DNA of 64,000 bases from Candidatus Latescibacterota bacterium (GCA_965217865.1 CBDCJO010000002.1:1728001-1792000); one strand, 5' to 3'. Positions 45,101 to 58,166 are shown, counted from the first letter of the stretch. The notes: a model not told the origin generated them from the sequence alone. Translations and numbers: made by a program.

Positions 45101-45570
45101 CGGGGATCATGGAGCATGAGGGTGGAATGACTCTCGAGGAAGCCGAAGCTCGGGCTCTTGAGATGCTCGACCCCGATCACGAGTGAGGTCCCGGGCCGCA
45201 AATCCACGGGACCGGGACCTTCTCACTTCGCCCACGTGCCGTCTGTGCCGTGCCGCCCGTTTTGTGGAGGTCGCGTCCCCCCCTTTTCCCGGATTCAGAA
45301 AGAAAGTCGCACACGGGCCGGATCTGTGCCCTCAACGCTGTCTCGAGCTCGCCACTGACCCACGCCAGAAATCTCCCAACGGAATCAAATTCCACAAGTT
45401 GTCATCCCTCAATCGCCATGAGCCACCCTGCGCCCTCAAAACCTGGCGATCTGTTTCCCGGAGAAGGACTTGAAAGGTCGGAGGCGGTCGCCACTGTCTC
45501 ACGCCATAGTCCCACACGGACAGACGGCAAATTGGGGGCGACAGCCGAGCCACGACAATCCAGCCCCCAC
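45094..45570 (+). repeat. Direct repeat of about 475 bp, copy 2
   Basis: Matches 44225-44688 with three short indels. Confidence 0.9.
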
Positions 45571-45690
45571 AAAACGGCTTTATAACAGCCAAGAAGTAGA
45601 TGAATGTTCCTACTACCTATTGACATTTAAAACGAGCGTGCCGAATGTTTGTTATCTCCCCGGTCCGTTCGCTGTGGGAGGAGGATCGGC

Positions 45691-46332
45691 ATGCCCAACA
45701 GGAAGCACATCGTCCGTCCAAGTTGCGATGAGCGGAAGCACTTGCAGGATCTAGTAAGCAAAGGCCGGACACAGGCCTACCGGATCCGACACGCACACAT
45801 TCTGATGAAGGCCGACGCGGATGGCCCTTGCTGGGGAGACGAAGCCATCGCCCAAGCGTTTTCGTGCCACAGACGCACCGCGGAAGGCATTCGCAAGCGC
45901 TTTGTGGTCCAAGGGCTCGACGCAGCCCTTGAGCGGAAGAAGCGGGAACGACCGCCCATCGAACCGATTCTGGACGGCGAAAAGGAAGCTCGCTTGATCG
46001 CCCTGGCCTGCAGCCAGCCGCCGAAAGGTCGTAGCCGCTGGACGCTGGAGTTGCTCGCTGACAAGCTGGTTGAACTCAACATCGTCGAGAGCATCTCCTA
46101 TCGGACCGTGCAACGGGCGCTCAAAAAATCGAGCCCAAGCCCCATCTGAAAACGTGCTGGGTGATTCCGCCCAGGGAAAACGCCGCATTCGTAGCTTGCA
46201 TGGAGAATCTTCTGGATCTGTATCACCGGCCCTATGATCCGAAAAGGCCGCGTTTGGCCATGGACGAACACCCCGTGCAGTTGATCGGAGAGACTCGCAT
46301 CCCGGTCCCGGAAAAACCGGGGCATCCCCGAC
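45691..46332 (+). mobile_element. IS630-family transposase (two frames), truncated by an IS3
   Basis: EARLIALACSQPPKGRSRWTLELLA, A-run frameshift, WVIPP..AAFVACME, MDE. Confidence 0.9.
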
Positions 46333-47813
46333 TGTATCTATTCTGAGATAACAAGAGAAAAGTAGATAAAGGTCCAAGCAAGATTCAGGCAGCCTTGTGG
46401 ATGGTCTGGGATGTTCTTTGCCGATTGATTTCTATGCGGCGCTGCCGAGCCTCCTCCTTTCGACCTTGTCGGTGGTGAAGAATCTTTTGATGCTGGCCTT
46501 TATGCCTCTGAAGAGGCGTGACATACTGTATTGCCCCGTGATAGCGTTCGGCGTTGTAGCTGTGAATGAAGGAATCAATCAGGCCTTCCAGTTGATGGAA
46601 TGTGAAGATGTCCTGGAAGCGCAGCCAGTCGTATTTGAATGTCCGGAAAAAGGCTTCGATCCAGGCGTTGTCCGTGGGTGTTTGATATCGGGCAAACAGC
46701 TGCGAGATGCCCAGGTCCTTGAAGAATTGGGCCATCGATTTGGCCTTCATCTGAGATCCGTGATCCTGCTCCACGGTCGCGTTGAAGGAGAGCTTCCATC
46801 CTACGATCTTCCTGGAATACACGTCGAGAATGGCGGTAAAATACAGGAACAAACCGAAAAATGGGATGTAGGTCAGGTCCCAGCTCCAGACCTGATTAGG
46901 ACCTTCAGGTTTGACCTGGGGCTTGCTCTGCTTGACCGGCGTCCTCACCTGTTTCCTGCGTGCCAGACGTTCTTTCCTGGCCTGTCGGTAGAAGCTGGAG
47001 GCCGAGGCCTGCACTACCCCCTTCTCTGAGGCTACCACCGCCAGCTGATGGGGAGGCAGATCGGCATAGGTCTCATCCCTTAAGAGGGCCGGGATTTGCT
47101 CTTTCTCCTCTCTCAGCAATCCGTGTGGGGCCTCATCAGGGGCGGGCCCGGGCTTCCCATCCAAAAGCGGGTCCGACACCCCATCCAGCTTCTCTTCTCG
47201 ATCTCGCCGGCTCCAGGCACAATACCGCTGGAGGGGAAGCTGTAGGATCTCGCAAGAACGGGTGAGTTTCACCCCTTTCTCCTTGGCCCGATGGACCATT
47301 AAGAGGATCTCGCGTTTGACCTCAGCTTGCACCCGGTGGCCCTTGATCGGGCCTGTCAGATCCCATTCACACTTTTTTTTAGCAGGGAAAGTTCCACAGA
47401 TTGCTCAATGATCGTTTGCTCCAGGCGTGCCCGCTCTTTGCGCAGCTGCTCCACCTCCTCAGCCGATACCATCGGCTTGCGGCTCCGGCGACCCTTGAAC
47501 TCCTTGAGGGCCCCGGACTTGACCGACTCACGAATACGCTTTAGATCCGAGGAATGAATGCCCCATTTCCGCAGCACCTGTGCAATGGGAACATCTCCCC
47601 GGCTGGCTTCAAGGAAAATCTCATACTTCTGTTCCGGGGACAAGCTCCTGCGCTTCTTGACCGGGTCACTGTTTGAGGACAGTTGCTCCATCTTTACTCC
47701 TCCTGTGAGGTCAGGGATATCCCAAAATATGTATCCCTTCTCAACCCTACAGGCAACCAGGATCTTGCTTCGACCTTGCCCCCGTTTTTTCGGGCGATCT
47801 CAGACAAAAGATA
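46333..47813 (-). mobile_element. IS3-family element (orfA 47356-47691, orfB 46385-47332), internally deleted
   Basis: WSWDLTY, DHGSQ, DNAWIEAFF; imperfect IRs containing ctgagat; second copy at 55464-56900. Confidence 0.9.
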
Positions 47814-49596
47814 AATCTACCAGTAACCTATCCTTCGTGAGAACAATGATCTGCCATCCAGTTGATTCGCGAAAATTCATTAACATCATGACCGCACGCG
47901 CTAATCGCCTCTCGTCAAACCCTTGAAATGGCTCGTCAAGAACTAGAACGCTCTCTTCCTCCACTCCCCGTTGCGCCATAGTTAGCCTCGCAGCAAGCAT
48001 GAACGCATCCCTTGTACCGCCTGACACACTTTCCAGTGGCCTTTCCTTACCGCCTGCGTCCGTCAGGGTAATCGCGCTTTTATCCAAGCTTGACAGACGG
48101 GCGTGACGGTTAGAACCGACAACCATCTGATACCTATCTGCTATTTCTTTACTCAGTTCTTCGAGAATCACATCTGTTTCTTCAAAAATGCCAGCGAATA
48201 TCTCCCCAGCCAGTCCTGCAGCCTCTCGTTCTAAAAGATTTGCTCCAATTGATGACTTCAGCCGCTGAATGGTTCGATCCAACCGAGTGATATTCTCAGG
48301 AATTCCTCCTAAGGATCCCTGCACTTCCCCCTCCAACCTGTTGAGCTCCAACTGTTTTTTTCTTAGAGCCTCCTTCTTCTCTTCGACGCTCCGGGTGGCC
48401 TGATCATGTTGCTGTCTAAAAATGTTAACTTCGAGCTCAGTACCTCCCGTTCGAGACACTCCATCTTCATCCAATGCACGCAGTTTCCTCTCGCATTCTC
48501 TCAGGAGCTCCTCAGTGGATTCGCACTCGTGCTCCGTCAATCGTGGCCCAAGCTGCCGATTGATTTGGGTCAATTCCCGTTCCAAGGCCTCACGCCTACT
48601 GGCCTTGCGAACAAAATCGTCCCGATCAACCAGGTCTCTTTCGGTGAACCAAACACGCAGCTCAGTCTCTGCGTCATTCAGATCAAGACTCATTTCCTCG
48701 ATGTTCTGCCGATGATTCAATCTTTCTGAAGTAAGTGATTGGATTCTATCTTTTTGCTGCTCTACCTGGCGCTGAAGAGCTTCTTTATCCCCGATAACCG
48801 TGGCCAACTCTTCCTCGATCGCATCTAAAGAATCGCGGTGAATTTGCTCCCTAGTTTCTTCACTCCAAGTGTCGCGCAGCTGATGAAGGAAAGATTCTTC
48901 CTGTTTGCCATCTATTGACATGGTCTTGTCTTTTGCTAAGATGATCCATAAAACGGACCACGCAGCGCCAATCACCAAAACGAAAGCAATGGCATCTTGT
49001 ATAATCAACCCTAGACCAATCGAGACCAATAAGCCTATTCCCCCAACCGTCAGCCTGCTTCCGCGCCAGACCACATTGCTCGAACGGGGTGGATTGGTAC
49101 GGAACGCCGAAATCCTTTCCCGCAACACCCGGGCAGTTTCAGCACGCAAGAGTGCTTGTTCCATTCGTGCATCAAAATCATCCATGGACTCTCTGGCCTC
49201 ACCGAGATACTGCTCTGCCCGTAGTTCTGCATCCTCCTCGCTTCGAAGATCTGCACGAATTCTCTCTACTCTATTTTCCAAGGCATCCAAGTCTTCAATT
49301 TCTTTACCATGGGTAGGTCGAAGGTTTTCCGCGTGCAGATTTTCAAAGGCATCCGTCTCAATGACCCAAGCGTCCCCATCGAATTCCGCATACACATGCC
49401 TGTCCTTGCCATATCGGGCGAGTAGCCGCTTACCCTGTCGCGAATTTCCCAAGGGCTTGCACAGTGCATCCATTAATGCGTCGTGGAGGGTAGTTTTTCC
49501 AGCTTCGTTTTCACCCCAGAAAAGGGACACCGGGCCCATTTCGAAGCTGTTATCAGAGAACTTGCCAAAGTTTCTTAGAACGAGAAGACGTATCAT
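47814..49596 (-). pseudogene. SbcC/YhaN-like AAA coiled-coil ATPase, C-terminus clipped by the IS, likely internal deletion
   Basis: GENEAGKTT, VSGGTRD, LVLDEPF. Confidence 0.75.
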
Positions 49597-50240
49597 CTTC
49601 GGGCCTCGACTGCCTGTCGAATCTGTTCCAATCCTAGCTCTCTGGCCTTGAGCCAAACACTTCGATTTTGAGGTTCCGAAGCGGGCGGTTCTTTTGCCCC
49701 CCAATTACGTAGAAAGGACCGAACCAGAGGCTGATCCAGAATGCCCGATACGCATTGGATCGTATCCAGGTTCAAGTCAAACTTTCGCACCTTCGGCCCC
49801 CACTCAGATTCAAGTTGATATCGGAGATCTTCGATTGCGGCTTCATTTTCTACCAATCCCTTTAATGTAAATTCGATCCAGTCCGAAGACTGCCAGGCTG
49901 ACGAAAGGGATTCCACTCTTTCTATGTTTCCATCAACGGAGACCGGGATTTCATATTGACGATATTGCCCTGCCGCGTGGATCTCCTCAAACCGAACTTC
50001 CATGGAATCCGCAACTGTAACAATGTTCACACCGCGTGGCCCACTCTCACCTTTCCGCCATACGCGAGCTGAGCCGGGATAGGACAGCGTGGTTTCACCG
50101 ATTCGCTCCAAATGACGGGAATGGATGTGCCCGAGAGCCGCATAGTCAACCTCGTGCCGCACAAAGAGATCTGGATCAATCACCCCTGGTGACTCATCAA
50201 CTCCTGTTCCACCTTCCTTCGGAAAACGGACTGATGGCAT
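49593..50240 (-). pseudogene. SbcD/YhaO-like metallophosphoesterase, N-terminal half missing
   Basis: DYAALGHIH, YPGS, GESGPRG; no DxH or GNHD motifs. Confidence 0.8.
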
Positions 50241-50359
50241 CGGTCACACTTGATCCAGAGATTTTCCGGAATTCCCCTGCTGACCAGGGACTTCAACCCG
50301 GTTTTTACCTTTTTGAGTAAGTTCATGGTTTCAGTGTTGAAATAACGCTAACCAAAACA

Positions 50360-50433
50360 TGTCATCCTGAGTCCCCTTCGACTACACTTCGTTCCGCTCA
50401 GGGCCGGGGCTTCGACTCCACTTCATTCCGCTC
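50360..50433. repeat. REP-like repeat remnant
   Basis: gtcatcctgag...ctcagg; direct repeat cttcgactMcacttcRttccgctc at 50376 and 50410. Confidence 0.6.
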
Positions 50434-50454
50434 GTCAAACAACCGATTTCGGAT

Positions 50455-50751
50455 CATAAAGGTTGGACACAGCAGGAATTGGCTGATCGGGCAAGCTTAG
50501 ACTGGAAGTATCTTGGAGCTGTCGAACGAGGAGAACGAAATCCAACTCTAGACAACATCGCAAAGATTGCTGCTGGTTTTAAAATGGAATTACATCAACT
50601 GTTTTTATTTTCAACTGCTGCTGAGCTAGATTCGGAAGAATCTCTAACGAAAGCAAAAATCCTGGATCTCCTGGAGCATAGTGATATTGGAAGGAAAAAA
50701 TTGATGTGGAAGCTGTTGCGGGATGTAGCTACTTGGGAACCGGATGGATAA
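50455..50751 (+). pseudogene. XRE-family HTH regulator, start missing
   Basis: KGWTQQELADRASL..KYLGAVERGERNPTLDNIAKIA. Confidence 0.75.
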
Positions 50752-51057
50752 TCTCAAACGTTCTAGATTTCCCTGTGCCTGTGCGGGATCAGGAATTTCA
50801 AAGTTTAACTTCAGATTGTATCTGAAGTCTTAAGAATCAGGAGAGGAAGCGGCGGGACTTACTGGCTGGAATTTGGTGGGTTTTATTGTAAGGTCAAAGG
50901 ACTTAAGGAGTTGATCCAGACGGTGTGAGTTGGACCGACGTTCTATGTGGCTACAATGAAGAAACCGGTAGGTATATTGAGGGCTATGGCTACATAAATT
51001 CATGCACGTGTTAAATGTAGTACAGGTTTAGTATTTACATTATCTTACGGCGCAAAG

Positions 51058-52296
51058 TCATTGACTCTGCGGTTTGAAGAAAAGAAACTGCCCTTCCTTC
51101 GGTAGTCCGATCGTATACAGAAACCTCGAGTACGCAAGAAGATAAGGGGTCATAGCTGGGAGACGTTGTGCGATTTCGTCAAGGCGATGAGCATGGCCAT
51201 CAAGCCTTTCCCAGTGCTTCACGTCATCATTCCAAGAGATGCCGAGGAAGATTCGATCAATCAAGGGGGCTTTAAACGGGCTCGCACGTTCCAGTTGGTT
51301 TGTCCGTGGCGCGCCGGCGGCCTTGTTGGCAATGTCTTGCCAAAGATCCCAAAAGCAATCATCCGTGCCGCCGACTGCGGCCATAATGAGTTCGTGAAGG
51401 AAGTCCGCAGCGCCTCGCGGGTTACCAACAACCGCATCGACTAGCGGGGCGCTGATTCGTCGAGCCTCTTCGATGGAGAGATTAAGGACGAAGCGCGCAA
51501 TGGCGCGCAGCACCTCTTGCTCAAGCTTGTAGTTTCGCGTCTTGTTACCGGTAGAGCTTTGCCGGGTGCGGTTCCAGACCTCAGCTTGCCAACACGCGAT
51601 TCGTGAACAGAAATGGCGGGATTCCTCCCACTTCGGGTGGTGACACAACATCTTGAGGATTATCGATGTGGCTACGCCACTCGTCCGGCTGTCGAAGTCG
51701 AATGACGCAAGTTCAACCGAGGCTTCGATGCCTCCATCCTCAATTGCTTGCCGCACCGCAGGCGTTGCCCGGTCAAACAGTTCTCTGATGGGCGTCCTTT
51801 TAAGATATGGCAACTTCGCCTCTTCGTCCCGAAATGCCGCGATCAACCTCGCTCGATACGCTGCCGCTGCCGCGCACCGAAGGATGAGTTCCCTGTGCTC
51901 GTCTCCGAGGAATGCACCCACTCCGGTGTTGGCATAGTCCGCCACCTCATCGACCGGGTGTGTGAGTACCCGCGAAAGAAGATCTAATGCATCGAGAGCC
52001 TTCGCACTTCGGTCATGGACTGCGAGCAGGCAAACGACACTGGCACCTGCTCGATCTGGTTTGAGCCCATCTTTAGCATGACGGACGATGTCGTCGGGAC
52101 AATCGGAGTTGCGGCGAACCTCGAATTCAATCCGCCGCGCGCACCACTGGAAGTCGCTCTCATCGAGTTCGTCCAGATGGTCGCGAATGCAAACTGCCGC
52201 GACTAAACCTGGACCACCGCGCCAGATCTCATCCGGCTCGTCTAGCTCTTGCTCGACGGCCCGCGCCTCGGCCAGGAGCATTTTTCTCCAATCCAC
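51058..52296 (-). pseudogene. Fragment of a large helical protein, possibly the C-terminus of a STAND/NTPase-type defence protein
   Basis: Long helical ORF with no clear start, in a defence-island context; family not established. Confidence 0.35.
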
Positions 52297-52460
52297 GGCA
52301 GCGTTGGAGTTCCTGTCTTTCCAGGCACTGCTTGCCCCTGCTGAAATTAACGACGAACGATCGACTTTGACGTTTCCGTCCGATACCCGTCGGAACGAAA
52401 CAGAAAAAGACGGAAACCTCGCTATAGGTTTGTCGATCCACTTGTCATGAATGGACTTCC

Positions 52461-52808
52461 TCAGCTACCGATGAGCCGAGTCAGCATGTGTCGGACGTGA
52501 TCCTGTCGACCGAAAAACACGGCCAGGATACGTATGCTTTTCTTTTCTTCATTAACGTCAAACCAGTAGATCGCACGATTGATCGTCAGATGCCGCAGGC
52601 CCGGCAGAATATCGTCGTGACGTTCGCCTCGGTGCGGAGCAGTTAAAATGCGATCAGCGGTCGCACGAATTTCCAGAACGCGTGCTTCGGCATGTTCGAC
52701 CGCACTCTCCACATTTTCGCCAAAGCTGATGTAGCTTTCGAGAAGATGGTCGAAAATCAGCCCGAAATCGCGTACGGCCTCCGCCGAAAACTCAAGACGA
52801 AATGCCAT
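52461..52808 (-). CDS. ParE/RelE-family toxin
   Basis: FSAEAVRDF..IFDHL, PHRG..DDILPGLR, IRILAVFFGRQD. Confidence 0.9.
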   Translation of the reverse strand: MAFRLEFSAEAVRDFGLIFDHLLESYISFGENVESAVEHAEARVLEIRATADRILTAPHRGERHDDILPGLRHLTINRAIYWFDVNEEKKSIRILAVFFGRQDHVRHMLTRLIGS

Positions 52809-53067
52809 GGGCACGGCGCTTGACGGCGATCATCTTGCTCAGCCGATCATCCATTTCTTCCGCTTCGACAAACTCGCCTGCCCGGCGCCGGGACAGGACT
52901 TCGTAAAGCGCCTGGCGCTCCAGGTCTTCGACATCCAAACGCTGTCGCAGTAGATTAATGCCCTGCTGAATAACCGCGCTGACACTGGCATAACGCCCAG
53001 TATCGACCAGCGCTTTGGCAAAGGCGTGGTGCTCATCTGTAAGAGAAACCGAGGATTTGACGGTCAA
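52792..53067 (-). CDS. ParD-like ribbon-helix-helix antitoxin
   Basis: SVSLTD...LVDTGRYASVSAVIQQG; AGGAGA plus TTG; overlaps the toxin gene. Confidence 0.88.
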   Translation of the reverse strand: MTVKSSVSLTDEHHAFAKALVDTGRYASVSAVIQQGINLLRQRLDVEDLERQALYEVLSRRRAGEFVEAEEMDDRLSKMIAVKRRAHGISS

Positions 53068-53547
53068 GAGGCACTCTCCTGGCAACCGGGTAGCACTCGG
53101 TAGTACTGACGTCAAGCCGCCCCAATGGCTGCCACGGCGGCGCCCACCAGAATCTTCGTCGAGGGCTTCCTCATCGGCCAGTCCCAATGGTCGGTGTCTC
53201 TCGAAGTCTTGGGGTCACGAGCGGAGCGCGGCGTCCTGGCCGGGTTCGGCACTGAGGTACGCAGCACACCCGCATGGGCTGATTACGAAGCTCCCGGTGG
53301 GGCCGAGGTTGCTGCGATCCGGAACGACACACTGCACGAGGCGCTGTTCATGGACGCCCCGCTTGGCTTTGCGGTGCACAAAGAAGGCGGCAACCAGAAC
53401 CTTACGCTTGAGATGAGTGCGCTTGTCTGCCGATTGTTGGTGGCGTTGATCGGCGGACACGACGCGGCCTACGTACGATCTCCTGTGAATACTCGAGCGA
53501 TACACGGCCTCGATCTGAGTGCTTCCAAAGAAGGGAATTTCCGCTAG

Positions 53548-55073
53548 CAGCCTGTTGAAAAAGTGCGTTTATGCCAAGATGACTGTTGTCTTTCCTTGTG
53601 GTTTGGTCCTATGATATATCAGGTTCAAACTGAGAAGGGAGGACGAGCAAATGGCAATGGGAAAACGAGGACGACAGAGACAGGAAAACCTGTTCATCGC
53701 ATCGAACACTTTGGTGAAATCTCCGGGTCATCCGTTCTACGAGAAGCTGAATCAGGTATTGGGGGCGAACGGCTTCGACGAGTTCGTCGAGGGGCTTTGC
53801 CAGCGGTATTACGCTCCTCATATGGGTCGCAAGGGCATTCCGCCCGGGGTTTATTTTCGGATGCTTTTGATTGGGTATTTCGAGGGACTTGATTCGGAAC
53901 GTGGGATCGAATGGCGTGTATCTGACTCGCTGACGTTGCGCCGGTTTTTGGGGTATGCCCTTGACGAACAGACCCCGGATCATTCCAGCCTGTCTCGCAT
54001 CCGGCATCGGCTTCCCTTGGAAGTTCACGAAGCGGTTTTCAAGTGGATCCTGAGGGTCTTGTGCAAAGCGGGTCTGGTGAAGGGGAAGACGTTGGGCGTG
54101 GATGCTACGACACTGGAGGCCAACGCCGCGATGCGCAGCATTGTACGCCGTGACACGGGTGAAGGCTACCAGGCATTCCTTGAGAATCTGGCCAAGGCCT
54201 CGGGCATTGAAACGCCTACCCGCGAGGACTTGTCCAAGATCGATAAGAAGCGACCGAAGAAGGGATCGAACCAGGACTGGGAGCACCCGCACGACCCGGA
54301 TGCCAAGATCGCTAAGATGAAGGACGGTCGCACGCACATGGCGCACAAGGTGGAGCACGCGGTGGATCTGGACACCAATGCCATTGTGGCAGTGGCGTTG
54401 TCGGGAGCAGATGAAGGAGATACCGAGTCGTTGCCCTGGACGCTGCTCGAGGCGCCGCTCAATCTCAAGCAGGTCGCGAAGGACGAAAAAGCTGCCAAAC
54501 GTTTGCACAGACAGCGTATACGGGAGGTGGTTGCGGACAAAGGATATCATAGCAACGATGTATTGACCAGTCTGAAGCAAGGCGGCATCCGGAGTTACAT
54601 TTCAGAACCGGATCGGGGACGCCGCAAGTGGAACGGCCGACGAGATGAGCAGGCCGCGGTATATGCGAATCGACGCCGGATCAAGGGAGATCGCGGCAAG
54701 GCCTTGCGCCGAAGTCGTGCAGAACGGGTGGAAAGAACCATCGCTCACACATATGATACCGGTGGCATGCGCAGGTTGCACTTGAGAGACCGCGGCAATA
54801 TCCTCAAGCGTTTGCTGATCCACATCGGGGGCTGCAACCTGGCTCTGCTCATGCGCAAAGTGATGGGCGTAGGTACTCCGAAGGCCCTCCAGGACCTGGC
54901 CAAGGCCTTGCAGCGTCTACTGCTCGTCCTACAATCACGTTTGCTGCCCTCGGTCACCTTTTTAACCTCTTATCAGCGTCTCCTGCTCAATCTCCTTACC
55001 TTGATTTATCTGACCCGCACTCCAGGCGTCTTTTCCGTTTATGTGCGTTGAAAGGTAGTTCTTCAACGGGCTG
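53548..55073 (+). mobile_element. IS1182/IS5-like element with intact transposase 53651-55051
   Basis: IRs cagcctgttgaa / ttcaacgggctg, CTAG on both flanks; TPDHSSLSR, VDAT, ADKGY. Confidence 0.92.
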
Positions 55074-55463
55074 CTAGCCGTATTCCGGAGGCTCGAACAT
55101 TACGCAACTGTGGAGAAACAGAGACGGGATAAGCGCAAATGTGTCCCCAAACCAATCGCCCTCGCGACGAAGGCAAGTCATTGGGCCGAACGGAATATTC
55201 TCAGGGAATCGAGCTGCCGGCCCAGCGCGCGGTGAGGCAGGTCAGTCCTGACGACGCGAGCTAGCCTCAAGTCGCTCAAACAAACGACCTATGGCCTGCT
55301 CGGCTAGGACGTCGGAACTCAGTAGCGTGCCATTCGACTTCCAGCACCAGCCAAGTGCTTGAGACCGCTCGGGCTTGTAACGCACCTCGCTGATCACAGG
55401 AGGGTCCACAAGGTAGCGGCGATTCTCACCTGGGAGAATGATGTTGCCCTCCATCTGCTTGAC

Positions 55464-56900
55464 TATCTTTTGTCTGAGATCGCCCGAAAAAACGGGGGCA
55501 AGGTCGAAGCAAGATCCTGGTTGCCTGTAGGGTTGAGAAGGGATACATATTTTGGGATATCCCTGACCTCACAGGAGGAGTAAAGATGGAGCAACTGTCC
55601 TCAAACAGTGACCCGGTCAAGAAGCGCAGGAGCTTGTCCCCGGAACAGAAGTATGAGATTTTCCTTGAAGCCAGCCGGGGAGATGTTCCCATTGCACAGG
55701 TGCTGCGGAAATGGGGCATTCATTCCTCGGATCTAAAGCGTATTCGTGAGTCGGTCAAGTCCGGGGCCCTCAAGGAGTTCAAGGGTCGCCGGAGCCGCAA
55801 GCCGATGGTATCGGCTGAGGAGGTGGAGCAGCTGCGCAAAGAGCGGGCACGCCTGGAGCAAACGATCATTGAGCAATCTGTGGAACTTTCCCTGCTAAAA
55901 AAAAGTGTGAATGGGATCTGACAGGCCCGATCAAGGGCCACCGGGTGCAAGCTGAGGTCAAACGCGAGATCCTCTTAATGGTCCATCGGGCCAAGGAGAA
56001 AGGGGTGAAACTCACCCGTTCTTGCGAGATCCTACAGCTTCCCCTCCAGCGGTATTGTGCCTGGAGCCGGCGAGATCGAGAAGAGAAGCTGGATGGGGTG
56101 TCGGACCCGCTTTTGGATGGGAAGCCCGGGCCCGCCCCTGATGAGGCCCCACACGGATGAGACCTATGCCGATCTGCCTCCCCATCAGCTGGCGGTGGTA
56201 GCCTCAGAGAAGGGGGTAGTGCAGGCCTCGGCCTCCAGCTTCTACCGACAGGCCAGGAAAGAACGTCTGGCACGCAGGAAACAGGTGAGGACGCCGGTCA
56301 AGCAGAGCAAGCCCCAGGTCAAACCTGAAGGTCCTAATCAGGTCTGGAGCTGGGACCTGACCTACATCCCATTTTTCGGTTTGTTCCTGTATTTTACCGC
56401 CATTCTCGACGTGTATTCCAGGAAGATCGTAGGATGAAAGCTCTCCTTCAACGCGACCGTGGAGCAGGATCACGGATCTCAGATGAAGGCCAAATCGATG
56501 GCCCAATTCTTCAAGGACCTGGGCATCTCGCAGCTGTTTGCCCGATATCAAACACCCACGGACAACGCCTGGATCGAAGCCTTTTTCCGGACATTCAAAT
56601 ACGACTGGCTGCGCTTCCAGGACATCTTCACATTCCATCAACTGGAAGGCCTGATTGATTCCTTCATTCACAGCTACAACGCCGAACGCTATCACGGGGC
56701 AATACAGTATGTCACGCCTCTTCAGAGGCATAAAGGCCAGCATCAAAAGATTCTTCACCACCGACAAGGTCGAAAGGAGGAGGCTCGGCAGCGCCGCATA
56801 GAAATCAATCGGCAAAGAACATCCCAGACCATCCACAAGGCTGCCTGAATCTTGCTTGGACCTTTATCTACTTTTCTCTTGTTATCTCAGAATAGATACA
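55464..56900 (+). mobile_element. IS3-family element, inverted second copy of 46333-47813, orfB inactivated
   Basis: Identical orfA; extra 44-bp deletion near 56157 and TGG>TGA at 56435. Confidence 0.92.
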
Positions 56901-58166
56901 TTACCCCGGTTTAGCGGACGGTTTATCAGTTGCGATTCATTCGGCTTCATGGGCAACAGCGCTGGAGGTCTGCTCAAAGTTCATGGGAGAGAGATATCCG
57001 AGTGCTGAGTGTCGCCGATGGGAGTTGTACCAGCCCTCGATGTATTGAAATACGGACATCCGGGCTTCGGCCTGTGTGCGGTAGTTTCGGCGATCCAGGC
57101 GTTCGCATTCGAGCGTGGCGAAGAAGCTCTCGCATAACGCGTTGTCGTAGCAGTCACCGGTGGAGCCCATAGAGGGCCGGACACCGGCCTTGCGGCACCG
57201 TAGACCGAAGGCAATGGAGGTGTACTGACATCCCTGGTCGGAGTGATGGATGACGGCTTCCGGCTGTCGTTGCCAGAGCGCCATATTCAACGCCTCGAGC
57301 ACCAGCTCGGCGCGCAGATGGGTCGCCATCGCCCAGCCAACGACGCGGCGGCTCCAGGCGTCCACAACGACCGCGAGATACAGGAAGCCGGCCCACGTAC
57401 TGATGTAAGTGATGTCGGCTACCCAGAGCTGGTCTGGCCCGTTAGCCGTGAAATCTCGATTGACCAGGTCAGCAGCGACGCGCCCATCGCGATCACGGTA
57501 GGTGGTTCGATGCCGTTTGCGACGACTTACGCCCTCCAGGCCTGCAAGCACGCATCAACCGCGCAACGCGCTTGCGACCGATCCGCTCCCCCTCGGCTAC
57601 AAGCTCCTCGTATATGCGCGGGACACCACAGGTGCCATCAGAACACTTGTGAATCTTCACGATCCGTTCCGTCAGAGCCACATCGGCCTGCGCTCGTGCC
57701 GACAGCGGCCGCTTGAGCCACGCGTAGTACCCACTGGTGGAGACTTCCAGGACCCGGCACATCGTGGCTACTTTATAGAAGGCCTGATTGGCTTTCACGA
57801 ACTCGTAGACTCCCCTGGCACCGAGTTGGTCTCCCGAGCGAACCAGGCCGCGGCTTTTGCAAGGATCTCCCGCTCCTGTCGCAACTGCCTATTCTCGCGG
57901 CGCAGTCGTCTGATCTCCTCCCGCTCCTCGGTGATCAGACCGTCACTGCGGAGGCCCTCATCCAGATCGGCCTGCCGCATCCAGATCCGGATCGCCTGGG
58001 CCGACGGCTCGAACTCACGGGACAACTCATGGGGCGTGCGACCCGCTCGCACCAGTTCTACAATCTGCCGCTTGAACTCCGGTGGATACGGCGAATGTGA
58101 CCTCGGCATCGTAGCATCCTCCTTTCTGCCAAGTAATAAGGTATCCACGAAACCGGGTCAAGTCCA
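56901..58166 (-). mobile_element. IS3-family element (orfA about 57795-58109; orfB frameshifted)
   Basis: IRs tggacttgacccggtttcgtgga and ttaccccggtttagcgga (clipped); YPPEFK, WVADITY, HSDQG, CYDNA. Confidence 0.92.

Noticed and set aside
50760-51057. tRNA or att site in the AT-rich gap
   Set aside because: No cloverleaf, T-loop or duplicated att core was found.
53125-53547. 140-aa ORF divergent from the antitoxin
   Set aside because: No recognisable family, and its stop coincides with the IS target CTAG; probably a fragment.
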